Position numbers and translations under genes: made by a program. The notes beneath the pieces were generated by a model. That model searched no databases, was not told the DNA's origin, and worked only from the letters and a program-made list of their open reading frames with translations. Positions 1 to 11,083 of a stretch of DNA of 20,000 nt are shown here, piece after piece (within the stretch, counting starts at the first letter, position 1; each line of letters starts with the position of its first letter). This DNA comes from Microthyrium microscopicum (Eukaryota), in contig MU004232.1 of NCBI GenBank assembly GCA_010405405.1, positions 241,169-261,168 on the forward strand. The letters run 5' to 3'.

Positions 1-1081
1 GAAAAGCCATTGCCTGAATTGCCTGTGGAATTAGATTGTGTGGAAACTGGTAGACCGTCGACTGCTTGAAGTTCGGACTGAAGGTCAGCAGATATTTTCT
101 GAGTTTGATGGTCTATGATCCATGAGAGAAGACTGTTGTCAGGAAAATCTGGACAACAGTAATAAAAGAGATGACTTCTTTCTTTCTCGTTGAATGAGTC
201 GTCTGCTCAACATCTTTTGATTGCAAATGCACATATCCTGTCTTTAAGATCAAAGAATCGCTCACCATCTACTGTATATCACCAGTCCGCAAACCTTCAG
301 TTGTGCGTGCCGACAGTGTCGATTCAATTTTCGTCCAACAACACAGGGTTCATGTACCTCATATCTCTAGACTACCGGAACGAGCATTCTCCTGACTGTA
401 TTAGTCCTCGTACTCAAAAGTTTCTGTTGTTTGGAAACCTTCTGTAAACGCAAGTATCGATTCTGAAATTGTCTCAATTGCTCAATTTACAGCCATGGCA
501 CCAAATATCTGTCGATAAAGGCCCTGAATCTATGCTCAGCATATAATAGAAATTTTGAGCACTCTGAAGTTGGGACAGGATCAGGACACGATGTTGTAGA
601 TAGAGGCAGGGGTATGGCGTGGTAAAAGAAGCAACACTTTTCTAACAATAGACGCACTTGCCAGTTCTTGGCGGCTAGCATCCAATCACAACGCGCAGTC
701 CTTGGTCCGCGTAATGTCGTCCCAACCGAAAGCATCAACTGCATCCCACGCCGTTCAACTTCTGTTGTACTCTCATCTTGAAGCAGCCAGATATCTGTAT
801 CACTTTCGATACAATCTTTCTAATCACTACCCTCCGCCCCCAGCATGCCATCGTAGGATTCATACGAGGTACCTGTACCACCGGCCCTGAGCAAAGAACC
901 TGTCACAACCGTCTGCGCAACACCCGTTGAGCTGCATATCAACAACTTCTCGCGACAAACTTGCCAGATGGCTTGATCCATTCGCTGCTTTTCGCTTCTC
1001 GCCTTTACCTCGACTGCTTGAACATACACCACTGTCAGGATCCCGTTGCGCTGCCTCTCAGTGCCCAATTGATCTGCCGCG

Positions 1082-2705
1082 ATGGCTTCATCTCCCGGTG
1101 GAAATGGCACTATACAATTCCCAGCCTTCTCGCCGGAATATGACCCCCGATTAAGTGCAGATGCGTATCGGCGGGACGACCTATCTTTACAGTCGCACGA
1201 GGGGTCTCCGGTTATCCCAAACGGTCAACAATGGATGCCAAGGAGAAGTAGTACCAGAGGGACAAGGTGGACCGGTCTTGGAATAAATACCACAGCCTCG
1301 TCCTCTTATGGCGGGGGCAGACACAAAAGACAAAAGAGTCTGACGGAAGCTTTTCATAACATCCGGACAAGAAGGAGCGGTAGTGTCAGCCAAAATGCCA
1401 TGGAGATTGCAGAAGCCTTGAAAGCACCGGTATCGCCTGCTTTAGTGGTAAGTTGTTCTTACAACGTTCCGGTATAATCGGCATTAATATTTGATCTAGG
1501 CTCTCTTCTCAATATGGTATTTTGCCTCTGTCATGTCCAGTACCTCATCGAAACAAATCCTCCTCGCATTTCCTAAACCAGTTACGCTTACCATATTACA
1601 ATTCGCCTTTGTATCATCATGGTGTTTATTCCTCAGCTGGCTATCCTCACAGTTTCCGTGGATAAAACGGCGCATACCTGCTTTGAAAAATGGCATTAAG
1701 AAACCAAGTCGATCCGTTATTATGACCACCTTACCCATCACAGGATTCATGATAGGAGGACATATCCTGTCATCGGATGCCATTTCGCGTATGGACGTAT
1801 CTCTTGTTCACACCATCAAGGGTCTCTCTCCACTATTCACGGTTGTCGCATACCGCTTTATATACGGAACCAAATACTCCACCTACACCTATTTATCACT
1901 AGTACCTTTAATGCTTGGTGTAGTCCTTGCATGTAGTACTAACTTCCGCGCAAACTTTCTAGGCTTTATGTCGGCCTTTGCATCTGCCATATTATTTGTC
2001 ACTCAAAACATGGTCTCTAAGAAGATCTTCAACGATGCCGAAATAGCAGAAAAAGAGCCAAATTTCACCCGGAAGCCAGACAAACTCAACCTCCTATGCT
2101 ATTCATCCCTCCTAGCCCTCCTCTTTACCGCCCCTATCTGGCTCTGGAGTGAAGGATGGCACATAATCGTCGACTTTTTCAGTGACGCCTCCATCGAACT
2201 CACTGGCAAAGCCGGGTCATTTGACCACGGTCGCCTTGCGCTCGAATATATATTCAACGGCACCTTCCACTTCACGCAATCCCTCGCCGCTTTCGTCCTG
2301 CTCTCCATGGTCTCGCCAGTAACCTACTCCGTGGCCTCACTCGTCAAGCGCGTCTTCGTGATTCTCTTCTCCGTTATGTGGTTCGGCAACCGCGTTACCA
2401 AGGTCCAATGGCTTGGCATCGCACTCACATTCCTCGGCCTCTATCTCTACGACCGCACCTCGGACGCCGAAAAAGCCGATCGTCGCGCTCGCAATGCGGC
2501 CCAAAGCACCACACTACTCCCACTCGTCGAGAAGGAATCCCCACCGCATACGACAACTACCTTTCCACGCCAACCATTATTTGGAGCAGGCGCAAGTCAT
2601 AGCAAGGAAAATGGGCACCATCCAAACATCAATGGTTGGCTACCGTCTGGAACCAAAGCGGAGGAGACGTGGAATAGGCGGGAAGTTGTCAATCCTGTTT
2701 CATGA
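1082..2705 (+). CDS. SLY41: SLC35/triose-phosphate transporter family membrane protein, Sly41-like; exons 1082-1447 and 1500-2705, about 523 aa
   Basis: A 52-nt intron at 1448-1499 (GTAAGT...TAG, phase 0) joins ...EALKAPVSPALV to ALFSIWYFASVMSSTSSKQIL. TPT-family motifs are present (PKPVTLTILQF, SLVHTIKGLSPLFTV, VSPVTYSVASLVKRVFVI) along with multiple hydrophobic TM segments. The N-terminal RHKRQKSLTEAF...SVSQNAMEIAEALKAPVS segment resembles filamentous-fungal Sly41 homologues as I recall them. Confidence 0.88.
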
Positions 2706-3051
2706 GTGTCGTAGAGAGAATTAGCTGTTTAAATCATTGTTTTCATTGAGCATATTGGCAAAACTTATGTTGTTGTTGTTATATGGTGCAAGATGTGTTC
2801 TGTTGAAATATGATCCATGGCCATGAAATGATGTTTTTGTTCTTGTTATCTAGATACTATGAAAATATCCACGGATGGCGTTTTCATGGGAAAGGCAACA
2901 TATTATGATATGGCAATGGCAGGAATGGCTTTGATTAGAAGAGGTCTTAAGATATAATTAGATCTATTTATCTACTCAAATTCTTTGGTTTGGTAATGTG
3001 TTAGTTGATTGCCCTTCCTGATCCCTCTACCGAAAGTATTGCATTTAGCAG

Positions 3052-4005
3052 TCATATTCCTGACAAAGAGTTAGTACTCAAACGGCTTTACACTATAAGC
3101 GAATAAGTCTTAGCCCGATCCAGAAAACAGACACACCTTCGCCCCATTGAAGTGCAGAAGGGCCTGCCGGGGCACTGGGTTTATTGAGCACCAATTGACC
3201 ATCCGGGAATCCTACAGTCACAAGTCAGCCATTCAGGAAGTTGAGTAAAGCTGAAATACATACGCGAACCTGCCGTTGCTGTTCCGACATCATACTTGAA
3301 TTCGGTGCCAACCATATCGTAGACCGCATGGTAGTAAGAGATGACAGCATCCTGGGACAGTGTCTTGGCCTGGTTGTTCAAATACCTAAGATTAGGCGCC
3401 AGTCAGCCATGGTTTTGGAAAGGTGTTGAGACATGGAATGACTTACATGTTTTGTACCCGACCTCCTTTGGCGATGTAGCCATTATCACAGACACTACCT
3501 TTGACGGAGATACAGTGGCTTTGCTGTCTGGAGTGGAGATCTGCAAGACAGCCAACGATTTCTGCATCGGCACTGGTGAATACTTGATTGCCTTGCACTA
3601 CCGCTGATTAGTCCCCAAACCAGCTTATTCGTCGGAAGAGTGCCACATACTATAGCAGATCTCAAAGGGAGTCATGGACAAAGACTGCTCATTGACATGA
3701 TAGTAGATGCTTGGCCCACCACCCGGCTGAAACCACCATCCTTGATTAACGCAAATGGGATCCGGTCGATTGTTGATGATGCCAAAGATCCACTGGGCAA
3801 TAGCGTCTATTCCGGTCGCGCCGATTTCGCCACGACGCTGGAGATTATTGTCACGACGCTGGAGATTCTTGGCACGGCTTTGGAGGATCTCATTTCGGCG
3901 GGCGTCGATTTCTGCGCGGAGCTCGAGAGTGTTGTTGAGAGAGGCACTGGGGAAGGCTGAGACTACCTGTAAGAGAAGGACTGCGGAAGAGATGAAGGAC
4001 GTCAT
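3052..4005 (-). CDS. Secreted orphan pre-pro-protein (effector/toxin candidate), about 236 aa; exons 4005-3651, 3597-3447, 3385-3264, 3211-3137, 3059-3052
   Basis: The signal peptide MTSFISSAVLLLQVVSA|FP is followed by a pro-region ending in two NLQRR motifs. Four introns are predicted: 3598-3650 (GTATGT..ACTAAT..TAG), 3386-3446 (GTAAGT..TAG), 3212-3263 (GTATGT..GCTGAC..TAG) and 3060-3136 (GTGTGT..TACTAAC..CAG). They give a continuous frame of 355+151+122+75+8 = 711 nt. The last intron and exon are the least certain. Confidence 0.75.
3831..3888 (-). repeat. 21-bp coding tandem repeat (2 near-identical copies plus 1 degenerate partial) encoding ILQSRA-KNLQRRD-NNLQRRG
   Basis: On the + strand: cacgacgctggagattattgt (3831-3851), cacgacgctggagattcttgg (3852-3872) and cacggctttggaggat (3873-3888). 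Confidence 0.85.
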
Positions 4006-5535
4006 GGTTAACCAGTAAATATAGAAATGAATTGACACAAATGGAATGGTAATGACTGTGATGAAGGAAGTAACTGTTTGAAAGCGAATTGGAAGCACTA
4101 TTTGCAGCAGGTAACAATGGTTTTATATCTCAGGACGACATTTTCGACTTTCAACCACCATTCTATGATGCCAATTGTGGAAACTGCGATTCGGGGTCGA
4201 GCTATTCTATGGGGCCAAAGGCTTATTCTGAGGGATGGCCTAGAACTCACAAGAACGCCATGGTTGAATGTTGTGGAAGCACTGGCTCGTTTTGTCAAGC
4301 ATAGTATGTCAAAAACTAGACTATGATAGGGATTAAAGAATGCCAAAGAATGATTAAGTGAGTATAGAGACTATTGCAAGCAAATACTTGTCTATGGAAA
4401 CAGAGCCTCGTCGAGTGTGGTGAAATCTATATGCCAGCGTTGCCAAATACTCCGACCTACGAGAGCGGTTTCAAACATCAAGTCGGAATTCTCAATCACA
4501 ACAATTGGCCCAGCTTGATCGCCTACGATGGGGTCCAAGCCAGAGGCCAACAAACCACTAACCGGTGAACGTAGGCCAGTACTACCCGTGTGGCAGATAT
4601 GATATGCCAGACAAGCATGTCAGGTATCATGAGGTCTTCTTCGGCGTCTCCATGGTAGCAAACAGTACCCACACGAGAGACTCGGATACAGGACTGGCTT
4701 GCATCTCGATCGAGCAACGTCATCTCAAGAACAAGCATACAATCTGGACATGACCATGGGCTTGTCATATAGGCCCAAGCAAGGCTCAACTTCCGATGCA
4801 TCTGATATGCTTCAGTCCTTGATATGACTCGACGTTCTGTGATCTTGCTATTCTTACATCAAATAGAGCTTTTCCAGCATATGCAAGATGCATATATCGT
4901 TCGTGCGACTGAAATCGCCAATCTCAATTTGTGCCTGGGGCCTCATAGCCCGAAATCATCAGTTGCACCCATATATATCTCCACAGCACTCTCCTTCTGC
5001 ATGCCCCAGCTCTTGAGCACGGTCATAATATGTGAGGTAGCCTTATGCCTTGAGGTCACAGCCTGATGGCGCTAAGCTCCTCAGTCACCTTACGGGCATA
5101 TCATTTTGAACCTCTTCAAGATGTTTTGCACCTCAACTTGTTTGGAATATCTCCGATATAATCCGCTGCTTAGTTCGCTTACTAGCGGGTTCTCTCGAGC
5201 TTGGTACTCTACCGCCCACGTTCTTTAACCTCAACCACACTCTCTGCTTGGTTTTTCATAACTTTATCCCACATCTTCCCACGCTGCGCCAATCTTTCTT
5301 CTTCCTTGCGCCTTCTTCACACATTCTTTGCCAATCGACCAGCATTTGCGAAAGCGCACTTTTCCTCGAGACTCCAGTATAATCGCACATCAGCAGTGCG
5401 CTTTACCTTAGAGCTCCATCGCTACCTTCTTGTTTGTTTACCCTGCACGTGCTCTTGCGTCTGCGCCAGCACAAGCACACCCAGAATTTTTTTAGTATTC
5501 CTGACCAGACTTCCTCCGTACTCATAGCCTACATT

Positions 5536-8032
5536 ATGGCCTGGACTTGGTCAGCTCCTCGCGGTATGAGTAAGTATCAAGCCCGAAGAACCGATGTCTG
5601 ACGACCATTGCGCTAATGTTTTCAAGCCGGGCAAAAGGCACCTCCTCGCACTGGTCCGTATCGTCGTATTCAAACTGAGCCTAATGCTCAGCCTGGTTCC
5701 GCTGGTGTCGACGCTGTTCGCGTTGCTGATAAGTCGAATGGTCAGTTCCCCAGCTTTATACGCAGATTATGAAGAAATTCACTGACCATTACTAGCCAAA
5801 TCTACCCAGATAATAAATACTTCTGTTCCGCCTCAGTCCTCTGCGAATTCGCGAAAGCGCAAAAAGTCCGAAAGCAATGATGACTCAACAAAGCAGCCGC
5901 CAGCTAAGAAGGCTTCATCGATACCGGAGCTTGCAATCCCAACTAGAAGTTCACGCCGCCTTCTTTCTCTTGATCCTGGTGAAGCGGATATCTTGGTCAA
6001 CAATAACGCTCTATCAGCACGACCGCAACCCGAGGATCAAGCTATTCAGTCAGCGGAAGAAACCATAACTCCGAATCGCCGTTCACGTCGTCTTGCTTCG
6101 CTCAATCCGGTCGATGCGGGTAGCTCCAGTGTTCCCAACAATACACCATCACTATCGCCATACATTGTGTCTCTATCTATGCTGGCGCACAATATTAGCG
6201 TTCGAGGTGCTTCGACATCTGCAACTGCTTCTCCGAGCACAGATTCTATACTTCCCAGACTAGCTCAGATGGCACAGAATGATAGTGCTCTCCAGCAGCT
6301 CATGAAGCTTGTTGCCAAACACGAAGCTACACCGGAACAAGCTGCTCAGTTTCAACGTCGTATTGATAGGTTGAAAAGTCAGATGCGAACGGTTAGCCGC
6401 GGTCGAGCTGCGGATGATACGATGGCAGCTAGCTTAAGAGGTATCCAAGAATTTGTGTCAAATGAAGCGACTGAACTGGTTGGTCCCCGCACCCGAGGCT
6501 CACTCACAATCTCTTTCAATGCGAAAGGCCAAGGAAAGCTTCAGATTTCCAACACTGCCAAGAACATTGCACCACAGGTGACAACACGAGGTGGAAGTCG
6601 TCCTCCCAAAATATCTCCTCGCGACGCTGGTGTTGTAGTCGACGTCGTCAACACAACAACCCAACACGGCCATCTTTCTGAGCATTCGCATCTGTCTTCA
6701 ACTTTGCCAGACTCTCAACCTACTCGGACACCGCAGCTTTTCCCAGAAGAGATAAATCTTGACTCCATCGCTCCGGAAGAATTCTCATCGCCTTACACGC
6801 CTGCTCAGCCTGACAAAGAGCCGCCAGAGTTACTTATCGCCTTCCATAGAGCAATCAACCATATACAAACTAGACCTAACGACACGATCGACGAGCCAGA
6901 GCAGTCGCTTTCTGGAACTCGCACGCAGCCTTCTCTAATCCATAGCTCAAAGGCCAAAGAAGCCAAGCAGTTGCCTGACACCGAAGCCAAGAATTCGTCG
7001 CAAACTGTACGTAAGGCTACGAAATTGCAGCCAAATAGCTTGCTCAAACAGGCCTTGCTGAAGACTACACAAGAGTTGCGCGAAATGGCGGCAGAAGAAG
7101 AGTCGACGCCAGTGGAAGAAGAGTCGATGCCAGTGGAAGAAGAGTCGATGCCAGTGGAAGAAGAGTCGATGCCAGTGGAAGAAGAGTTGGCGGCAGCGGA
7201 AAAAGACTCGACGCCAGTGGAAGAAGAGTTAGCGGCAGTGGAAGAAGAGCCGAATCAATCGGTAGCGGCAGTAGCTGATTCTCCTCCTGACAAGTTTGGT
7301 CCAGATGGCTTCATCTACAGCGGGGATAGACAGCGATTGCTTGCACATATTCTTCGATTGCAGGGACACGGCGATCTCGTGGCACAAGGACCTTTGGCTA
7401 TCGTCGAAGTGGTGGAAGACTTCTATTATAAGATGTTCATCGAAGAGTTCCCTGAGGTTGCGCATCGGTTTGATCAATCAGGTTCAAAACCTATTCGTCT
7501 GGCGCAGACCGCAACTAATCAACTCGAAAATGGCAAGAGCAACTCGGAGTCATCCGTCGCGGAGGCGCCATCTGGCAACCGTGACAGCTCACTCTCGGAG
7601 GAAGCTGACGTTCTGTCCATTGAGGCTGCAGAGACTTTGCAAGAGGAAGTTGCATCTCGCGCTCGTGCTGAAGGATACACCTTGCGCGAGCGAAAGGATC
7701 TCAAGACTCCGATGAAGTATCGGAATGACAACGATAGAACCTTCTACCCAAGCACTCTTCGAAGCAACCTCCATCATCAAATCCAGAGCTATACGGAGCG
7801 ACACGCTGGAAATTCTTATCCACGAAACCCCGTGATCGAGCAGATTGCAGCCATAGGTCTCGAAAAGCACAAGTCGGTCGCCGACCTTCAGGCAGAAGAG
7901 GCCGCTGAGAGAACTAAGGGTTCCTCAACAACAGCCGTCAACAGCACTCGAGAGCAAACACCAGAAGGTCCACGCCACGTCTACGATGTAACCACCACCA
8001 TTCGCTCCATCCATGTGTACAAGGTCATTTAG
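5536..8032 (+). CDS. Large low-complexity, probably nuclear hypothetical protein, about 794 aa to the first stop; exons 5536-5569, 5627-5740, 5796-8032
   Basis: ATG is at 5536. Introns 5570-5626 (GTAAGT..GCTAAT..AAG) and 5741-5795 (GTCAGT..ACTGAC..TAG) splice in frame into the 679-aa ORF at 5993-8032. The protein has an NLS-like RKRKK, two R-x-SRRL-x-SL-x-P motifs, an acidic heptad repeat and a Swc3-like helical segment. Confidence 0.75.
7094..7249 (+). repeat. 21-bp coding minisatellite, about 7.5 copies, encoding EEES[T/M]PV / EEELAA[A/V] heptads
   Basis: The unit gaagaagagtcgatgccagtg occurs exactly at 7115, 7136 and 7157. Variants are at 7094, 7178, 7199 and 7220, with a partial copy at 7241. 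Confidence 0.95.
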
Positions 8033-8035
8033 AAA

Positions 8036-8548
8036 ATGCCACACTACACGATGTTGAACTTGAGTTACTGGGAACATCACAACGACATTGACTTTCTACA
8101 GCCTAACACGGATGACCCTGACTTCGACGACGTGAACTGCATTCCCAACACAGCGGAGTACGTCATTGTTGCTGAAGAGCTGATTGCGGATCCGCACGGT
8201 ACTGCCGTGTTCTTCGCCGAGCGGAACGACGAACACGACACCTATGATCTCAAGGTGGGTGTCTATTACCACTTCGACAAGGTCAATCATACGATTTTTC
8301 CATCGTTGAAGAAGTGGGCAGATGATGTGTGCGATATGCCAGTTCTACCTTTGCTGGTCAAGTACGAATCGATTCAAACTTACGGCCCAGGTGTTCGTCG
8401 ATATCGGGATCTCTATCTCCAAATGGGTCGCGCTATTGACGCCGATTTCGAGGACCGTAAGACTGGTCCTAAATTGTGTTTCTGGCGCAGCACACAAAAC
8501 CAGACTCACAAAGTCTATCGTCGGAAGCGCAAGGTCCTGGCTCAGTGA
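8036..8548 (+). CDS. 170-aa globular-looking ORF in frame with the upstream gene, 3 nt after its stop; either the C-terminal domain of that protein or a separate ORF
   Basis: 8036-5993 = 2043 nt, so the frame is the same. The junction reads GTC ATT TAG AAA ATG CCA. Composition is protein-like, with a C-terminal basic RRKRK. No family recognised. Confidence 0.6.
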   Translation: MPHYTMLNLSYWEHHNDIDFLQPNTDDPDFDDVNCIPNTAEYVIVAEELIADPHGTAVFFAERNDEHDTYDLKVGVYYHFDKVNHTIFPSLKKWADDVCDMPVLPLLVKYESIQTYGPGVRRYRDLYLQMGRAIDADFEDRKTGPKLCFWRSTQNQTHKVYRRKRKVLAQ

Positions 8549-9214
8549 AGGAGAATCGTTGGAAAGGAGGAGAAACCATGATTCAGTTGTTGCGCGGTGG
8601 TAATGGAGGGAGGTCATGGGCGTTTGGATACAGCGTTGTGTGTATGAAGGATTTGTACTATAACGCCCCGTTGGTCTACGGTCTCTTGGGTTCTGCTTGC
8701 GCTTGCTTATTTCTTGTTTGGATCATACGATAGCTTCTTTTTCGACAGCCCAGCTCATCATTTCTCGCTGGATTATTGTCTCAGGGCTAATAATGATAAC
8801 TCTAATTGTGTCAATGCATTTTTCCCGAGGAGACTTACTAGAGCAACATGAAAAAGGAGCATGTCTACGTTGTTCTCCCGAATTTCATCCAGCAACCAAG
8901 CAATGAAAAACAAACCAAGTAGTCTTACAAGATCATCATTAAATCATCAGACGCTTTAATGCTTGGTGAATGGAAAGGTAAAGGAGAGAAGGAAGAGATG
9001 TAGTTGAGTCGGCCTCGGCTCATGGCCAGACCCAAAAGCGCGTGAAAGACGAGACCAATGACACGTCGTCTACCACTTCGACTCTCCAACCACCCGCTTC
9101 TCCGTCATTTACTTGTCTACAATTCTATTAGGGCCTCCATCGCTAAACCCCAGTCCCCTTCTCTCTTTTCTTGTTCGTGTACGTCGCTGGAGCATTTTGC
9201 TGTGCGTCGCTTCA

Positions 9215-10553
9215 ATGGAACTCTATCGTCAGGCTTCGGCCTCGACCTATCAGGCATTGGCTGCGCCGGGCAAATGGTTATCTCACTACGACGAGTTCAT
9301 AATCAAGAATGCCAGCGCAGTCTCACAAATCGAGTCTGCTCTTAGATCTCTCACCTACATAATTCCCGGTATGCTCAACTCTGATTTGTAGCCGCGTACT
9401 TGGACTGACCAATTCATAGGACGTTTCCGTGATGCTGAAATCGCATCAGAGTCTCGTAAGACAATCATACATTGGATAGGAGAACATCATCTAACAGCAG
9501 TCCTATAGTACACTCCTATGTCCAGCTTCTTTCCCTCTACCACGATTCCCTTCTCTCCAAAGCAATCGCCCGCCTCCCTCTCGCGCGCAAACCCGTCCCC
9601 TCACCACACAACCGCTACACCCGCTTCTGGACGCAAAAATCCCCTACATATCGGCGTCTAGCGCTCGTCCTGCAGATGATTCAATATACCGAGCTTCTCT
9701 GGGAAATGGTCGCCAAGCGCCGCGGCGAAAAGACTCGATGGCGCATCATCGTGCTACTCGAGGGCGTCAAAGCGCTCTGTCGGCTATTACTCCTGCGGTT
9801 GACTAATTCTCGACCGCTTCTCAGTCCGCCGCTGCCAGAGCGTGAGGTAGATCCCAGCTCGCTGGAAGAAGCTCCCGAACAAACTGCAGAGGAACTTGAG
9901 GCCGTGCAGTCATACGAGCGGATGCAAGAATCAATGTCCTCAGGCACAGGATCTGGAGATGACACCAAGTGGACAATGCCACGGACAGGCCTGACACTGC
10001 CAAGTCTGCCAGATTCGCAGGACATTTCGAGCTATTTGCTGTCTAAGGTGATGAAAGCGGACGATATAAAGCCGCCTAAGATGCTGCTTCATCGCGTCAG
10101 TGGCAAAGGCGAGATTGCTGAAATGCTGTACATCATACGGCCAGTGATATATGCGCTTGCCATGCAGCACTGGCGAGGAGATCGCAAGAGTTGGAGGCCC
10201 TGGTTGATGGGCATCAGCATTGAGTACGGTGCCCGACAGCTAGCGAAGAATGACTTCCAGGAGCGATTGGCCGGAGGACTGAGAGGTCTCACTGGTTTGG
10301 AGCGCGAAGAGCTGCGGAAACGCGGATGGGCGCTTGGTTGGTGGCTAATGCGCGGTGGGTTCTACGAGAACATTACTCGGTAAGCTGTCTTCAAGCATTT
10401 TTCCAGAGTGTCGCTAACGATGTCATTAGTGGTTGGGTCTTGTCACTGATTGGCAAACTCAAAAACAAGCCAATATTGGATATGGTAGGCGGAATTGCGG
10501 AGGACTACGAATTCCTTTGGAATCAGTACTACTTTGCTACAGCTACGATGTAA
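9215..10553 (+). CDS. PEX16: Peroxin Pex16 (peroxisomal membrane biogenesis), about 394 aa; exons 9215-9368, 9420-9455, 9509-10379, 10430-10553
   Basis: Pex16 motifs: YDEFIIKNASAVSQIESALRSLTYIIPGRFRDAEIASESLHS, SPHNRYTRFW, IQYTELLWEM, EREELRKRGWALGWWLMRGGFYE and a C-terminal EDYEFLWNQYYFATAT. Three canonical introns at 9369-9419, 9456-9508 and 10380-10429 give a 1185-nt CDS. Confidence 0.95.
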
Positions 10554-11083
10554 AAGGCATGATGCGTTTCTCATCTGGTTTTACGCATTTCTTTTGTATA
10601 CTATGAATCAAGCATTGCGGGACCAGGATTAGCATAAAGACTATGAGATGTGATCTGTCAGGAGAAAGCCTTGTGTATGTATGAGCAGCAAGTTCATGAG
10701 GCGTACTTGGCGCCCGAGGTAGTTGATGATGTTTTCATCTCATGGCTATCTTCCATTCGAATTTCACACCCTTTTAGAAATACACTGATGAATAAACACG
10801 TTAGATAACAAACTTAGATCACTCAAATCTTGATGCCTTGAACGTTTAAACATTAAAAATATACCGAGTCCAGTCTCAAAGTGATATCACGTGCGGGTTG
10901 CTCCTGCTAGACTTCGCCAAGACTTGTAGTTGTACTCCGTAGGCAAGGAAGCTTTGGCGGCAGGCACAAGGCACATCCAGAACGCGACGACATCTTTACC
11001 TGCCATATCACCAACCACCAAATTCCTCTCTTCTCCCCTCTATTCCGCCGTTCACCCTCCCAATTCATCGTACATCCATCACC

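Noticed and set aside
1..130. Possible start of a divergent minus-strand gene (ATG at 10-8, upstream GCTGAC..CAG resembling a UTR intron end)
   Set aside because: Only three codons fall inside the window, so it cannot be supported.
190..1154. Short ORFs upstream of SLY41 and a tiny uORF (ATG CCA TCG TAG at 845)
   Set aside because: No recognisable protein features; consistent with promoter/5' UTR background, and the TSS is unknown.
3045..3211. Alternative C-terminus for the secreted protein (DSRMVNWCSINPVPRQALLHFNGAKEYDC*)
   Set aside because: It needs a phase-0 donor for intron 3, but the only good donor (GTATGT at 3263) is phase 1.
4078..5527. Small ORFs between the orphans, including the Cys-containing 4089-4304 ORF and the 4374-4753 pair
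   Set aside because: Mostly non-ATG starts, no signal peptide, no consistent splice chain and no recognisable family.
10880..10970. Rpn4/PACE-like element in the RPN8 promoter; CACGTG at 10888
   Set aside because: No match to GGTGGCAAA. Only loose similarities, and a lone hexamer is expected by chance.
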